DNA of 64,000 nucleotides from Alphaproteobacteria bacterium (GCA_964291395.2 OZ219856.1:64001-128000); one strand, 5' to 3'; shown: positions 29,598 through 39,777, counted from the stretch's first letter. A program made the numbers and translations. Notes: generated by a model from the sequence alone, not told the origin.

Positions 29598-29984
29598 CTG
29601 GAATTCCCCCTTCGCCGCGGGGCGCGGCGCCCGTTCCGCCATGCGGCGCTCATTCTACACCGCCGTCTCCGCGGCCGGGAGGGAGAAGCCGCCCTCACGA
29701 CGCCGTGACGAGGATCGCGGCCACGCCGATGCCGGCGCCGGCGATCGCGGCCAACAGGTACCAGGACCACTTCCGCTCCCTGCCGAAGGGTGGAGAGGCG
29801 GGGGCGAAGCTGGAATCGGGCCTGGACCGGCGCCAGCGTGGAGGACGGAAGAGGCGGAGCACCGGCCTCCTGCCGCCCGCCCGCGGGTGTCCGCGGCGGA
29901 GTCTCCCGCCGGCCGCCCGGCGCCGTGTCGCGCCGGCATGGGCGCCGGCTTCGACGTCGGAACAACCTCGCGAACCTGCATTCG

Positions 29985-30206
29985 CCTTTGACCGTAAGCC
30001 CGCCGGGTCACCTGCCGCAATTCCCCGCACCTGTCGCAGAAGCCCTTCTCCCGGGTGAACTCTCCGGTGGTGGTGAGGGACACGGACACGCCGTTGACCT
30101 GGGTGCGGTTCACTCCGAGGGTCTCCACGGTGCAGGGGTCGCAGACGCCGGAGTGCAGCCCCGACGCTATGCAGCCGTGCACGCGCTCCGCGACCGTCGA
30201 AGCCAT
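29985..30206 (-). CDS. Small putative zinc-binding protein (CxxC...CxxC); 3' end unclear or disrupted
   Basis: 'VCDPC...FCDRCG'; AAGGA RBS; reads into a GC-rich repeat junction. Confidence 0.4.
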
Positions 30207-30220
30207 TTCCTTCCCCAAAG

Positions 30221-30250
30221 AAAAGGGCGGCTCCCGAAGGAGCCGTCCTC
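30221..30250 (-). terminator. Rho-independent terminator of the porin gene
   Basis: Minus strand GGACGGCTCC-TTCG-GGAGCCGCCC-TTTT. Confidence 0.8.
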
Positions 30251-30328
30251 CAAACCGAGCGGACGGGGTGTCATGACAACCCGTTCAGGAGGTACCTGAG
30301 AGGTTATGCGCCCGTCCGAGCAGACTGA

Positions 30329-31456
30329 TCAGAAGCCTACGTTGATACCGACCATGAGCGCCTGGCCGGAGTTGTCGGCATCCCCTTCGCCGTCCATCTC
30401 GGCATCCTGGTAAGACGCCAGGAACCTCAAGCCCGGACCGATCGTGTAGCCGAAGCCCAGGGACCACGCGGTGTACGTGGCATCTCCAGGCGCATTGGTG
30501 TGCTGGTTCTCGCCGTCGAATCCCGTGATGCTGATCGCCCAAGGGCCTTGGCCGTACATGGCCCCGGCCTGCACGGCGGTGCCGCCGCCGCATCTCATGT
30601 CATCGTCCACGTCGGCAACCTGGGCGCCGACGGTGAAGCCCTGGGCGCTGAGCTGCATGCCTGCGTTCAGGGTCTGGTAGTCGTCGCTGCCGCAAGCGGC
30701 CGCGTCCGTGATGTTCGGCGCCGCTGCAACGCCCGCGCCGGCCATCATGGCCACGCCCACGCCGCCGACCTCTCCTTGGTAATGGACCGAGCCGTCGAAG
30801 GCATTGTGGTACTGCGTGTCCTCGTCGGCCACGCGGCCGTAGCCGGTCGTCGCCGAGTTGTCGATACGGTAGCGGTAGGAGCCGGTGAGACGGAAGCCGT
30901 TGAAGCGCGGCGAGTAGTATGTGAGGGTTGGCTGGTCATCCCCGACGTCCGTGTAAACCGAACCGAGGGGACCTTCGAACCTGCCGCCGACCGTGTCGTC
31001 GAACCAGAAGTGCGTGTGGCCCGAGCTGACGCCGTAGGCCGCGCTCGGTGGTGCCACCGCGGAGGTGTCTCCGTAGCGCCCGGACTGCATGTAACCGGCC
31101 CGGACCAAGCCCCAGCCGCTCGAAAGATCGATCCAGGTATGATCGATGCGGGTGCCGCCGGTGGAAGCACCTTCGAACTCGACCCGACCGCCGACCTTGA
31201 TGCCGTTTTCCATCTCGCCGGCGATGTTGACGAACACCTCGATGTTGTTCCGGGACGAGATGTTGCCCCGGTTCTCGCCGTCGTGGGCGTCCTGATTGGC
31301 GAAGTGGGTGGTGTGGTTGAAGAACCCGCCGAGCGACGCGCTCGGCGGCGTTGGCTCCATCATTTCCTTCTCTTCGGCAAGCGCACTGCCTGCCGCCAAG
31401 CTGACGGCGGCGGCAAGGGCCGTGGTGCCGAGAAGTCGTGATTTGGAAATCTTCAT
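30329..31456 (-). CDS. Alphaproteobacterial outer-membrane porin
   Basis: 'LLGTTALAA' signal, 'ENGIKVGGRVEFE','LTYYSPRFNGF','YTIGPGL', terminal Phe. Confidence 0.88.
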   Translation of the reverse strand: MKISKSRLLGTTALAAAVSLAAGSALAEEKEMMEPTPPSASLGGFFNHTTHFANQDAHDGENRGNISSRNNIEVFVNIAGEMENGIKVGGRVEFEGASTGGTRIDHTWIDLSSGWGLVRAGYMQSGRYGDTSAVAPPSAAYGVSSGHTHFWFDDTVGGRFEGPLGSVYTDVGDDQPTLTYYSPRFNGFRLTGSYRYRIDNSATTGYGRVADEDTQYHNAFDGSVHYQGEVGGVGVAMMAGAGVAAAPNITDAAACGSDDYQTLNAGMQLSAQGFTVGAQVADVDDDMRCGGGTAVQAGAMYGQGPWAISITGFDGENQHTNAPGDATYTAWSLGFGYTIGPGLRFLASYQDAEMDGEGDADNSGQALMVGINVGF

Positions 31457-31585
31457 TACGCTGTTCCCTCCTTTAAGGGCCTTAGTTGTCTAGACGCCCG
31501 CAGTCTAAGGGACGGGGTGCGTGAAGGCACTAGGGCGCACCGTTTCGGTGGCGGGTTTCCCCGTTGTGTGACATTTCCGCTACGG

Positions 31586-32407
31586 TCAGGGCGTGATCGC
31601 GGCACAGTCGAAATATTCCGCGACCTCCCCGCACGTCCGGCCCTTGCGCACGTCGTCGAAGTACACGACTCGCGTGGGAACCTCTCCTCCGTATATCTGA
31701 CTGGTGTAGATGCCGAACTTGAAGAACACGGCGTTGTGCGTCCTGCGGTTCGTCGGCCCGAGCCATTCGTAGGAGGGCTCGGGCCGGCCGTTGACGTAGA
31801 CCCGGAGGAAGCCCTCGTCCCCCGCGCTCCATCTGACGTGGACGAGGAAGTCCGACCACCTGCCCCGCATGTCGTCGACCTTCAGAAGCTCGTTGCTCAC
31901 ATGAACATATCTGTAGCCGGGGTCCATCTTGTTCCTGACCAGGTAAAACTGGGTGAACTCGTACTCCCCGTCGATGACCCTCGCCTCCCCCCTGATTTGA
32001 AACATGAACGGCGGGACGTAGTGGTTCTTGTTGTGGAACTGTCCCAGGCTGGTTTCCCTCGCCTGCCAGATCACGGGGTAGTCGGCCGGTAGGTAGATGG
32101 ACCAGTGGTACCACCTCTCGCCGGCATTGATGTTGCTGCCCTGCCTCAGCTCCTTGCGCTCCCTGCGCGTCGAGCAGTCGTCCCAGTCGTACCAGCTGCC
32201 GCAATCTCCGGAACGGACCTCGAAGCGCATGGACGTATCGCCGCTACGGACGGGATGCCCGTCTTCCCTGGAGACGACGGCGTAGGCGTACCTCTTGGTG
32301 GACGTTCCGCCGTCCCCGAAGGACCAGCCGGAAACGTTGTCGGCGGTGTTGGTCGCCAGGCACCCCACCGCGAGGAACAGGACCGCCGCGATGATCAGTG
32401 GCCTCAT
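31586..32407 (-). CDS. Polysaccharide-lyase-like / beta-jelly-roll lipoprotein
   Basis: Lipobox-like 'LAVGC'; 'SMRFEVRSGD','RERKEL','WYHWSIYLP','LGQFH','FKFGIY','VYFDD'. Confidence 0.7.
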   Translation of the reverse strand: MRPLIIAAVLFLAVGCLATNTADNVSGWSFGDGGTSTKRYAYAVVSREDGHPVRSGDTSMRFEVRSGDCGSWYDWDDCSTRRERKELRQGSNINAGERWYHWSIYLPADYPVIWQARETSLGQFHNKNHYVPPFMFQIRGEARVIDGEYEFTQFYLVRNKMDPGYRYVHVSNELLKVDDMRGRWSDFLVHVRWSAGDEGFLRVYVNGRPEPSYEWLGPTNRRTHNAVFFKFGIYTSQIYGGEVPTRVVYFDDVRKGRTCGEVAEYFDCAAITP

Positions 32408-32573
32408 GGTATGCGCTCCCCCTGACCGGCTGGCTCGGGTTTATCGACCGGTTTCCTTGCGCTCACGCCGTCCCCATCAGAACAACCTCACGAATCTAAG
32501 CTCGCCGCCGGTCCTCTCGTACATTACCGTCAGCAGAGCTTTCGTCATGTTTCCTCTCCACGTAAGCTGGCTC

Positions 32574-33347
32574 TTAGGCGGACAATGGACGGTTTTCCAA
32601 CCACTCTCGTATATCAGCCATAGCCTCTTCTAAATCATCGTGGGTTTCGATAGCCGCGATGCTGTGGACAACTGCTATGTGGATGTCGGGATGATCGCGG
32701 TCTATGGGCTTTAGTAGGCTGGCGTGCTTCTTCATCAGACGGTCGATGCAAGTGTCCGCATCGGTGTCCTGATTGTTCGCCTCATACCTAACGAACGCGT
32801 CGCGCAAAGCCTTGAGGTCGTGCCGCAGCACGTTTCGCTGACTATATGGATCTTCGTAATCCGGGTTGCACTCTACCTTACCATCCTGCGTGACGCGAAA
32901 TGGCCTATCTGGTGGGAGACCGATCGCGTACGCCTTTTGCCAACACTCGCCTCTCCACCATCCCTTCGGTCTCCCATTTATGGCATCCGTAATCGCGACA
33001 GTATCCCGACTCGTGTAATCAACTTGGTTTTCTTTCTTGGCATTCTTTCCGTAGCGCGGTGGGAAGCTCAAGAACGCTTCGAAGGCCCTCATGACGGGCT
33101 CGTCATAGTCTTCGGGGTGGTCCTTGGCGAGCTTGGCCAGCGTTGCGATCGCGGCCGTGCGCGTGACGTAGTTCAAGCTCCCGGGCGTGTTGACATCTTG
33201 GAGTTGCGCCGCCGCCGTTTCGTATTGCTTATGCCTCAGGGTCTTTTCCGCGGACCTCCAAGTCAGAAACGCACCCCTGACGGCGATGAGGGCGGAGATG
33301 ACAGTGGCGATGGGCCATGCCAACTCTATCCAGATCGGGTTCCCCAT
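32574..33347 (-). CDS. Hypothetical protein with N-terminal TM segment, lower GC
   Basis: 257-aa ORF with atypical codon usage. Confidence 0.5.
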   Translation of the reverse strand: MGNPIWIELAWPIATVISALIAVRGAFLTWRSAEKTLRHKQYETAAAQLQDVNTPGSLNYVTRTAAIATLAKLAKDHPEDYDEPVMRAFEAFLSFPPRYGKNAKKENQVDYTSRDTVAITDAINGRPKGWWRGECWQKAYAIGLPPDRPFRVTQDGKVECNPDYEDPYSQRNVLRHDLKALRDAFVRYEANNQDTDADTCIDRLMKKHASLLKPIDRDHPDIHIAVVHSIAAIETHDDLEEAMADIREWLENRPLSA

Positions 33348-33549
33348 CAGAACAGCTTCACGAAGCGCAACTCGCCGTCGGTCCGCTCAAGGGTGTGGCG
33401 CGGGCAGTGGCTCGCTCATTCACAAGCCAAGGTATCTCCCCACGCCACTCACACGGCCACCGGAGGAGAGCCTCGGAACCCATACCCGAATGACCGCGCG
33501 TCTTGTCCGTCAGAATCCCAGGACAAAATTCACACCTGGGCTCCTCCGT

Positions 33550-33943
33550 TCACTCATCCCGGTCGTCATCACCACGGCGCTTTCTGATGACAATCAGCAT
33601 CGAATGCCCAGGATTATATGGAGATCGTCCGCTTACTTCCATCGCCAGCCCTGACGCGTCTAAGTCACTGGCCAAGGACATTATGTCATTGAACGACGGA
33701 TCGTATGGCTCGGAGGTATACACCAGCTCCCCTTGCGCATCGCGCCACATCCGGGTGTGGTCAAGAACCGGGTAGCCATGCTTTTGACAAAGACAGGCCT
33801 CCCGCCCTCCATTCTTTGAGACATTTCTTCTCCACGATGCTTAGCGAGCAGACCGGTATCTGGCGACCCCTCTGCCGGGCGGGGCGCAAACCATGAAGGT
33901 CAAACATGCGCGCTTCATGCTCCTCATGGTTGTATGTGTTCAT
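33550..33943 (-). pseudogene. Probable split hypothetical gene (two adjacent ORFs in different frames)
   Basis: GAGGAG RBS before 33943; second part 'DHTRMWRDAQGELVYTSEPY...SPYNPG'. Confidence 0.35.
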
Positions 33944-33974
33944 CAGCAGCTACTCCTCCCCTTCGCCACACCCA

Positions 33975-35396
33975 TCAAAACAGTTTCACGAACCTGAGCT
34001 CGCCGCCGGTCCGCTCGTAGTCGTAGAGCTGGGCGTTGGTCTTGCGCACCTCATGCACCAGAGACACCTGGGGGCTGAAGCCCTTCCAGGCCAGCGCCCG
34101 GTTGTGCACCGAGGCGCGGAAGCTGCGGGTCTCGTCCTCGCGCGGCTCGCCGCCCTCGGTGTGCGGGAGCCAGTTGCCCTCGTAGTCGGTGCGGCGCAGC
34201 TCGCCGTTGCCGCCGACGGTGAAGCCCTTGGGCAGCGCCACCGAAACCCCCGCCCGCAGCCAGCGGTAGTCGTGGCGCCAGCGCTCCGCCTCGGTCCGCT
34301 GGCGCCCCCAGCCCAGCCCGGCGTCCGCCCGCACCACAGGCGTCACCACCCAGGCCCCGCTGAGCGAGGCGTCCATGACCGGCCCGTCGAGATGGTCCTG
34401 CACACGGTAGCTGCGCTCGTGCCAAGACGCCCGCGCGTTCGCCGTCAGCCGCCGGGTGAACCGGTGCCCGGCCTCGAGACGGGCCCCGAGGGCGTCGTGG
34501 TCCGGCGCGCCGCCGCTCCAGCGCCGCTGCACGCTCGCCAGCGCGCTCACCTCCGTGTTCCGGCCAATTAGGTGGCGCGGCCCCGCGTGCCCCGACAGAT
34601 GCGTCTGGTCGAACCGTTTTCCCGAGTACTCGCGCCTCGAGACGCTGGCCCCGGTGCGCAGGCGAAGACGATCGCCCAGCGGATACTGATACTCGCCGCC
34701 CGTCCACACCGAGAGGCCGATGCCCGACGTAGTCAGCTCTTCGGCGTCGCGGGTGAACGGCAGCCGCGCGCCGCCGACGTTGATGTAGATGATCCTCTCG
34801 TCCGAGCTTGCGCCGATGTTGGTGTCCGGCGCCAGGGCGAAGCCCGCGTGCAGGTCCCAGCGCCGGCGTGCGCGGATCTCTGCGAGGAAACGGTTAACGT
34901 TGAGGACCACCGGCGCCGGCGGCTTGCCGGCCAGCACCCGCTCGAAATGGCGCCGGGCGAGAGTGTCCTCGCCCTTGAGGAAGAAAGCGCGGGCCAGTTC
35001 CAGCCGGGCGCGTACCAGGCCGGGCCGGATCACTAGCATGCGCCGCAGGGCGGCGATGGCGGCGTCGAGGAAGGCCGCGCGGCTTGCGTCGTCGAGGCCC
35101 TGCCGACTAGCCGCCGCGATGCCGGCCCGGCCGACCAGGAACAGCAGGGTGAGATCGCTGCGGCGGGCTTCGACGGCCGGCCGCAGGATCGCAAGCGCCC
35201 GCACCGGCCGCCCGGCGCGGAGCAATGCCGTGGCCCGGTCGGCGACGGATTGCGGCGCGGCGGGTGTCGATTGGGCCTTCGTTGGCGCCGTCGATTGGGC
35301 CAGGGCCGGCTGCGGGCCGGCGAAGGCCATCGGCAGGGCGATGGCGGCGGCGGCAAGGCAGGCGGCCGGGAGCCGCACGCGCGCGGAGAGGGGCAT
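33975..35396 (-). CDS. Surface lipoprotein assembly modifier (Slam / T11SS, TPR plus DUF560-type barrel)
   Basis: 'RARLELARAFF','ARRHFERVLAG','APDTNIG', beta-strand region ending 'LYDYERTGGELRFVKLF'; directly downstream of a lipoprotein gene. Confidence 0.85.
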   Translation of the reverse strand: MPLSARVRLPAACLAAAAIALPMAFAGPQPALAQSTAPTKAQSTPAAPQSVADRATALLRAGRPVRALAILRPAVEARRSDLTLLFLVGRAGIAAASRQGLDDASRAAFLDAAIAALRRMLVIRPGLVRARLELARAFFLKGEDTLARRHFERVLAGKPPAPVVLNVNRFLAEIRARRRWDLHAGFALAPDTNIGASSDERIIYINVGGARLPFTRDAEELTTSGIGLSVWTGGEYQYPLGDRLRLRTGASVSRREYSGKRFDQTHLSGHAGPRHLIGRNTEVSALASVQRRWSGGAPDHDALGARLEAGHRFTRRLTANARASWHERSYRVQDHLDGPVMDASLSGAWVVTPVVRADAGLGWGRQRTEAERWRHDYRWLRAGVSVALPKGFTVGGNGELRRTDYEGNWLPHTEGGEPREDETRSFRASVHNRALAWKGFSPQVSLVHEVRKTNAQLYDYERTGGELRFVKLF

Positions 35397-35426
35397 GGCG
35401 CGATCTTCCGGAAACGGGTTGGCGGG

Positions 35427-35456
35427 AAAAAGAAGGGCGGCGCGAGCGCCGCCCTT
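35427..35456 (-). terminator. Rho-independent terminator between lipoprotein C and slam
   Basis: AAGGGCGGCGC-TC-GCGCCGCCCTT followed by CTTTTT on the minus strand. Confidence 0.75.
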
Positions 35457-35491
35457 TGTGCAGGCAATGGGGTTACGCACCCCTCTGCGGT

Positions 35492-37379
35492 TTAGTCCGC
35501 CCGGGTCGCGAAGGCCCCGGCCGCTGCGCCGTCGCCGAAGTTGGCGTCGAACCGACCGTGGAAGCCCGTCGGACGCTGGTTTTGCACCGGCGTAGTCGTA
35601 TCGCCATCGTGGTCGACCGGCGCCGGGCCGTAGCCCTGGGCTGTCCACTCGCCCGCAGCACCGCCACCGGCGGTCGTGCCGTTAGCGTCAAAACCGGCGG
35701 TGGCATTCAGGGCAGTTTCGTTGAGAAGGACAGTCCAGTTCCCGACCGCGCCTCCCTGGAAGTTCGAAACGGATCCGCGCAGCATCGGAGCTACCGCGAA
35801 CGTCGCCGTCAGGTTGACATCGGCGGTGAACTGACCGGAATTGTCGCCACGCTTCGAAATGCCGACGGCCGAGCCGCTGTAGGTCGCGGTGACGTCCTTC
35901 GCGTCATCGCCTTCGCCGGCCTGCCCGAGATCAAGGGTAGTACTTGCGCCCGTGTTGTTCGAGTACAGGGCGATGCCGCTGGCCGCGCCGTCGGTATAGG
36001 TCAGCCAGTAGCCGTAGGTGGCATACATGGTCGCCACCATGTACATTCCCGCCATGTCCGGATTCGCGACGTAGAGTTCCTTCGGCAAAGCCGGCGAGAA
36101 ATACCAGCCGGCGCCCAGCTTGCCGTCCGTCACCTTGCAGCCGTCGGTGCCTCCCAAGCAAATGATCAGCGCCGACAATGCCCTTGTAAGTGCCGGGGGT
36201 AGTACCACCATCAGCGTCGATTGTGCCGTCGGTTAAATTGGTACTGGTCACGGCCGAAGCGGTCATGCCTTCGAGCGACGCCACCGAAACCTCCGCATTG
36301 CCTGCGGTAAGCGCGCCGTCGGCATCGATCGTGCCAAGCCGCTTCTTCGACACCTTGTCCTCACCGGCGATCATGGCCCAGGTCATCGCCCCGATGTCAT
36401 CGGCATCGTTCATGATCCCATCCATGGATGTCGCGTCGCCAATGGTGCCGTTGGTGTCCGGGGCAGCGGTGCCGATGGCCGTCATGACCTCGCCCGCTAT
36501 CCGCTTGCCGATGGCAGAGGGCATCATCGGGTAGTCTTCGGCCAGCTTGTTAGCGCCCTTGACCGCGGCAACCGCATCCCTCAGCGAATCGACTTCCGTG
36601 GTCGGGGTGGTGCCGTCAGCCTGTAGCGGGTTCTTGTCGAGGACCGCCTGGGCCGCCTTTTTCTGGGCTGTCGCCTGCTTGATCGCCTCATCCGCCGCCG
36701 CGATCGCACCTGCGCGTTCCGCGTCATCCTCGGAAAGGGCCTCTGCCGCGGTCTTCGCCGCCATGGCGTCGTTCAGCGCCTCGTCGGCGTCCATGACGGC
36801 CTGGTTCGCGGCCGTCTCCGCATCCAGAATCTTCTGGGCGTTCGCCACGGCCATTGCCGAATCGCCCTTGACCTCCTCTGCGGTGAGCATGCCCGCGTAT
36901 TTGATCGCGTCCTTCTCGGCCTGCTCCGCATCCATGGCGGCTGCGTTCGCGGCCGTAATGGCGTCTGCGGCGTCGGCTTTCAGGCTTTGGGCAGTCGGGG
37001 CCGGCGGCTCGGTCGGAGTCGTCGGAGCCATCGCCTCAGCCACCGAGATGGTGCCCGTGGTCGTGATGGTGCCGTCGTCATTGACCGTGACCGAGCAGGG
37101 ACCCGTATCGCAGGTGAAATCGAGGCCGCCGGCCGTGATCATCGCGCCGGCCGCGAAATCCTGACCCAGATACATGGCGGCCGTATCGTCCTCGGCGAAG
37201 GCGTCGGCCAGGTCTTCGGAAATCGTGTGGGTGCCGGCCATGACCGTCACGCCCATCTGAGCATCGCTCAGGGTGTAATCCGGCTCCGGCGGATCGTCGC
37301 TGCTCGAGCTGCACGCACCGAGGGCGAGACCAAATCCCGCCAGCACAGCGAGTGCCAGATAGGTTGACTTGAATTTCAT
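35492..37379 (-). CDS. Large surface lipoprotein family C (Ala-rich stalk plus TbpB-like barrel); frameshift near 36168
   Basis: Lipobox 'ALGAC-SSSS'; 'ATYSGSAVG','GQFTADVNLTATF','GEWTAQGYG','GRFDANFGDGAAAGAFA'; two ORFs join at 'GTYKGIVG/IICLGG'. Confidence 0.75.
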
Positions 37380-37563
37380 CGGGATCCTCTCCCTCGTTGC
37401 GTGTATATGTGAACGGACCCCTAATAGGTCGGGCCGCTGCAATCGTCAACCGGGGCGGATGAGGTTCCTGCTTTTTCGCCGGAAGCCGGAACGGCTTTCG
37501 AGGCTCTTCTGTTCAGCGGGCAACCCGACCAGAAAGGGAAGCCGGAAACGATTGCAGGTGGAT

Positions 37564-37592
37564 TGTTACGGTCTTCGTCTTTGCCTGTCAAC
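37564..37592 (-). promoter_or_regulatory. Sigma70-like promoter for lipoprotein C and slam
   Basis: Minus strand TTGACA-N17/18-(T)AACAAT, overlapped by a TGTCA...TGACA inverted repeat. Confidence 0.45.
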
Positions 37593-37760
37593 AGGTTTCC
37601 TGACAAAGAAATTTCCGGCTCCCTCCCCCATGGCCGGGCCGCCGCGATCGGCATCCGGCGGCCGGGACGGGTTCCCGGCAAACGGCTCTCGTGTCCGGCA
37701 GGCGACCCGTCCATGGGCAAGGGAGAAGGGTGAAATGTTCGGGAAGCTCCCCCATCCCGT

Positions 37761-38693
37761 CTACGGGGCCCGTTTCGCGCCGAAGGCGCCGACATGGGCG
37801 CCGGTGTCGAAGACGCCGTAGGCCTCGCCGTGGTCCGGGCCGTGGAAGTTGCCTTCGAGACGGTCGGCGCCGGCGCTGCCCGACGCGAACCCGCCGTCGG
37901 CGAGCGGCATGTCGGCCCAGGCGGGCGAGCCGATGGCGAAGCCCGGGACGTCGATCTCCACGCCCACGCGGGGCCGGGACAGGTCGGCGATGGTGACGGT
38001 CGCGGACCCCCGGCGCCGCTCGAAGGTGCCGGTGGAGGCGGCTTCGGCGACGCCGCTCCAGGTCGCGCTTCCCGTGCCCCCGGGATTGGTGCCGCTGGCG
38101 GCGCCCACGGCATAGGCCATGGCGCTGCCGAAGTCCCCGGTGAAGGGGACCCCGTCGAGGCGGCCGGACAGGGAGCCGTCGGAGATTTCCACGGCCGCGA
38201 AACCGTGCTCGCCCCAGATCCCGTAGGCGGCGATGGTGGGCGCGGAGGCGATCGCGCCGTCCGGGATGTTCTCCGTGACCTCGACGCCGCCCCGGGCGGC
38301 CATGGTGTCGAACCCGTCCCGCGACCCGATGCTCACCTCCGTCAGCTCGATTTCGGCCGTCGGGTCGATCTCGGCCGTCGGGTCGAACAGGTCCTCCACG
38401 GCGATCTCGCCGCCGTCCTCCACGGCGCAGCGCCTGCCGACGCAGTCGGTGCCCAGGGCCTGGCTGTCGCTCAGCGTATGCCCCTCGGCGGTGAGGGAGT
38501 AACGGGAATGGAGGGTGGGCACGAGCAGGGTATCGGCGCCCTCGAGGATGCTCCCGAGCCGGACCACCCGCGGGTCCGAGGCGATCCGCTCCCGCTCGGC
38601 GTCGGTCAGCGCCGCCGGGGCGTCGTCTCTCCCGCCGCAGCCGGCAAGGGCCAGCAGGCCGCCCACGGCCGCCAGCGCGAGAAGTCGGTTCAT
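37761..38693 (-). CDS. Surface lipoprotein family B, copy B2
   Basis: Lipobox 'LALAGC'; shares 'SDPRVVR','GTNPGGTGSATW','GNFHGPDHGEAYGVFDTGA..GAFGA' with B1. Confidence 0.75.
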   Translation of the reverse strand: MNRLLALAAVGGLLALAGCGGRDDAPAALTDAERERIASDPRVVRLGSILEGADTLLVPTLHSRYSLTAEGHTLSDSQALGTDCVGRRCAVEDGGEIAVEDLFDPTAEIDPTAEIELTEVSIGSRDGFDTMAARGGVEVTENIPDGAIASAPTIAAYGIWGEHGFAAVEISDGSLSGRLDGVPFTGDFGSAMAYAVGAASGTNPGGTGSATWSGVAEAASTGTFERRRGSATVTIADLSRPRVGVEIDVPGFAIGSPAWADMPLADGGFASGSAGADRLEGNFHGPDHGEAYGVFDTGAHVGAFGAKRAP

Positions 38694-38750
38694 GCCATGT
38701 CTCTCCTCTCCGTTCCGGGCCGCCCGGCGTCCGGCCTGACCCCGCGGGAT

Positions 38751-38782
38751 CACGCAACGTCATTACACGCAACGTCATTATA
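38751..38782 (-). promoter_or_regulatory. 15-bp tandem duplication (CACGCAACGTCATTA x2) overlapping a TATAAT box upstream of B2
   Basis: Read directly; the minus strand reads TATAATGACGTTGCGTG-TAATGACGTTGCGTG. Confidence 0.6.
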
Positions 38783-39163
38783 AGTAGGCCCGGACCGGCG
38801 CCGCCGCATGCCGAGCTTATCTCCGATGCCGCGCCGTTGCACGAATCGCCGCCGGCGCGGTCGAAGCGTGCGGCGGCTGACACCGGGAAACCCCTCTGAT
38901 GTGGCTGCGTTCGATCTCTTCAAGACAGATCTCCACGGGGAGCTTGTCGTGGAGCTTCGTGGTCCGCGTCGCGGCGCAACGCGCGGCCGGAGCGGGGATG
39001 GACCGGGGCAGAGTCGGCACGCCAGGTGGGTGTCGCCGGCCGTCCCTCCGGTCGAGGTCCCCGGCCGGCTCCTGGAGGCGGGCGGCCCGCGGCCGTCCCG
39101 CCGCGCCGTTCCGATCGCGGTCGGACCATTGGTCGAGAACCGGACATGGTGCATGTTTGGTGT

Positions 39164-39367
39164 ATGTCACGCACCAACGTGGATATTGACGACGAGGCCT
39201 GTGCGGCGGTCATGGGCCGCTATCGCCTGACAACAAAGCGCGAGGCGATCAACTTCGCGCTTCGAACCCTTGCGGCGGAGCCTCTCGGCATCGACGAGGC
39301 CCGGAACCTTCGCGGAGCGGGTTGGGAAGGCGACCTCGACGACTTGCGAACCGGCCGTACGACGTGA
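39164..39367 (+). CDS. vapB: VapB antitoxin (DUF2191-like)
   Basis: 'RTNVDIDDE...[11 protein letters not shown]...[10 protein letters not shown]'. Confidence 0.88.
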   Translation: MSRTNVDIDDEACAAVMGRYRLTTKREAINFALRTLAAEPLGIDEARNLRGAGWEGDLDDLRTGRTT

Positions 39368-39777
39368 TCCTGGTCGATACGTCCGCCTGGGTCGAGTTTC
39401 TTCGCGATACCGGGTCCACGACCTGCGATCGGGTCGAGGCGTCGCTCGGCAGCGAGATCGCGGTGTGCGACGCGATTCTCATGGAAGTGCTGGCCGGCGC
39501 ACGGGACGAGAGGCATCTGCACGACCTCCGCAGGCTGCTGGCACGTGCGACCGTCCTGCCGATGGAACCCAGGCACCATGAAGAGGCCGCGGCCCTGTTT
39601 CGGCTCTGCCGCCGGGAAGGGGAAACCGTCCGAAAGCTGATCGACTGCCTCATCGGCGCCGTCGCCATTCACGCCGATGCACCCGTTCTCCACGCCGATG
39701 GAGATTTCGACGTCCTTGCGCGCCATACGGGCCTGAAAATCGCGGAAGGCAGCAAGGGCGACGCAGGTGCCGATTGA
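39364..39777 (+). CDS. vapC: VapC PIN toxin
   Basis: '[13 protein letters not shown]','MEVLAGAR','IDCLIGAVA','LHADGDF'; GTGA coupling. Confidence 0.9.
   Translation: MILVDTSAWVEFLRDTGSTTCDRVEASLGSEIAVCDAILMEVLAGARDERHLHDLRRLLARATVLPMEPRHHEEAAALFRLCRREGETVRKLIDCLIGAVAIHADAPVLHADGDFDVLARHTGLKIAEGSKGDAGAD

Noticed and set aside
29141-29708. Long C-terminal extension of lipoprotein B1 in the ORF track
   Set aside because: Product of the frameshift at 29018-29023; it overlaps the STAS gene on the opposite strand
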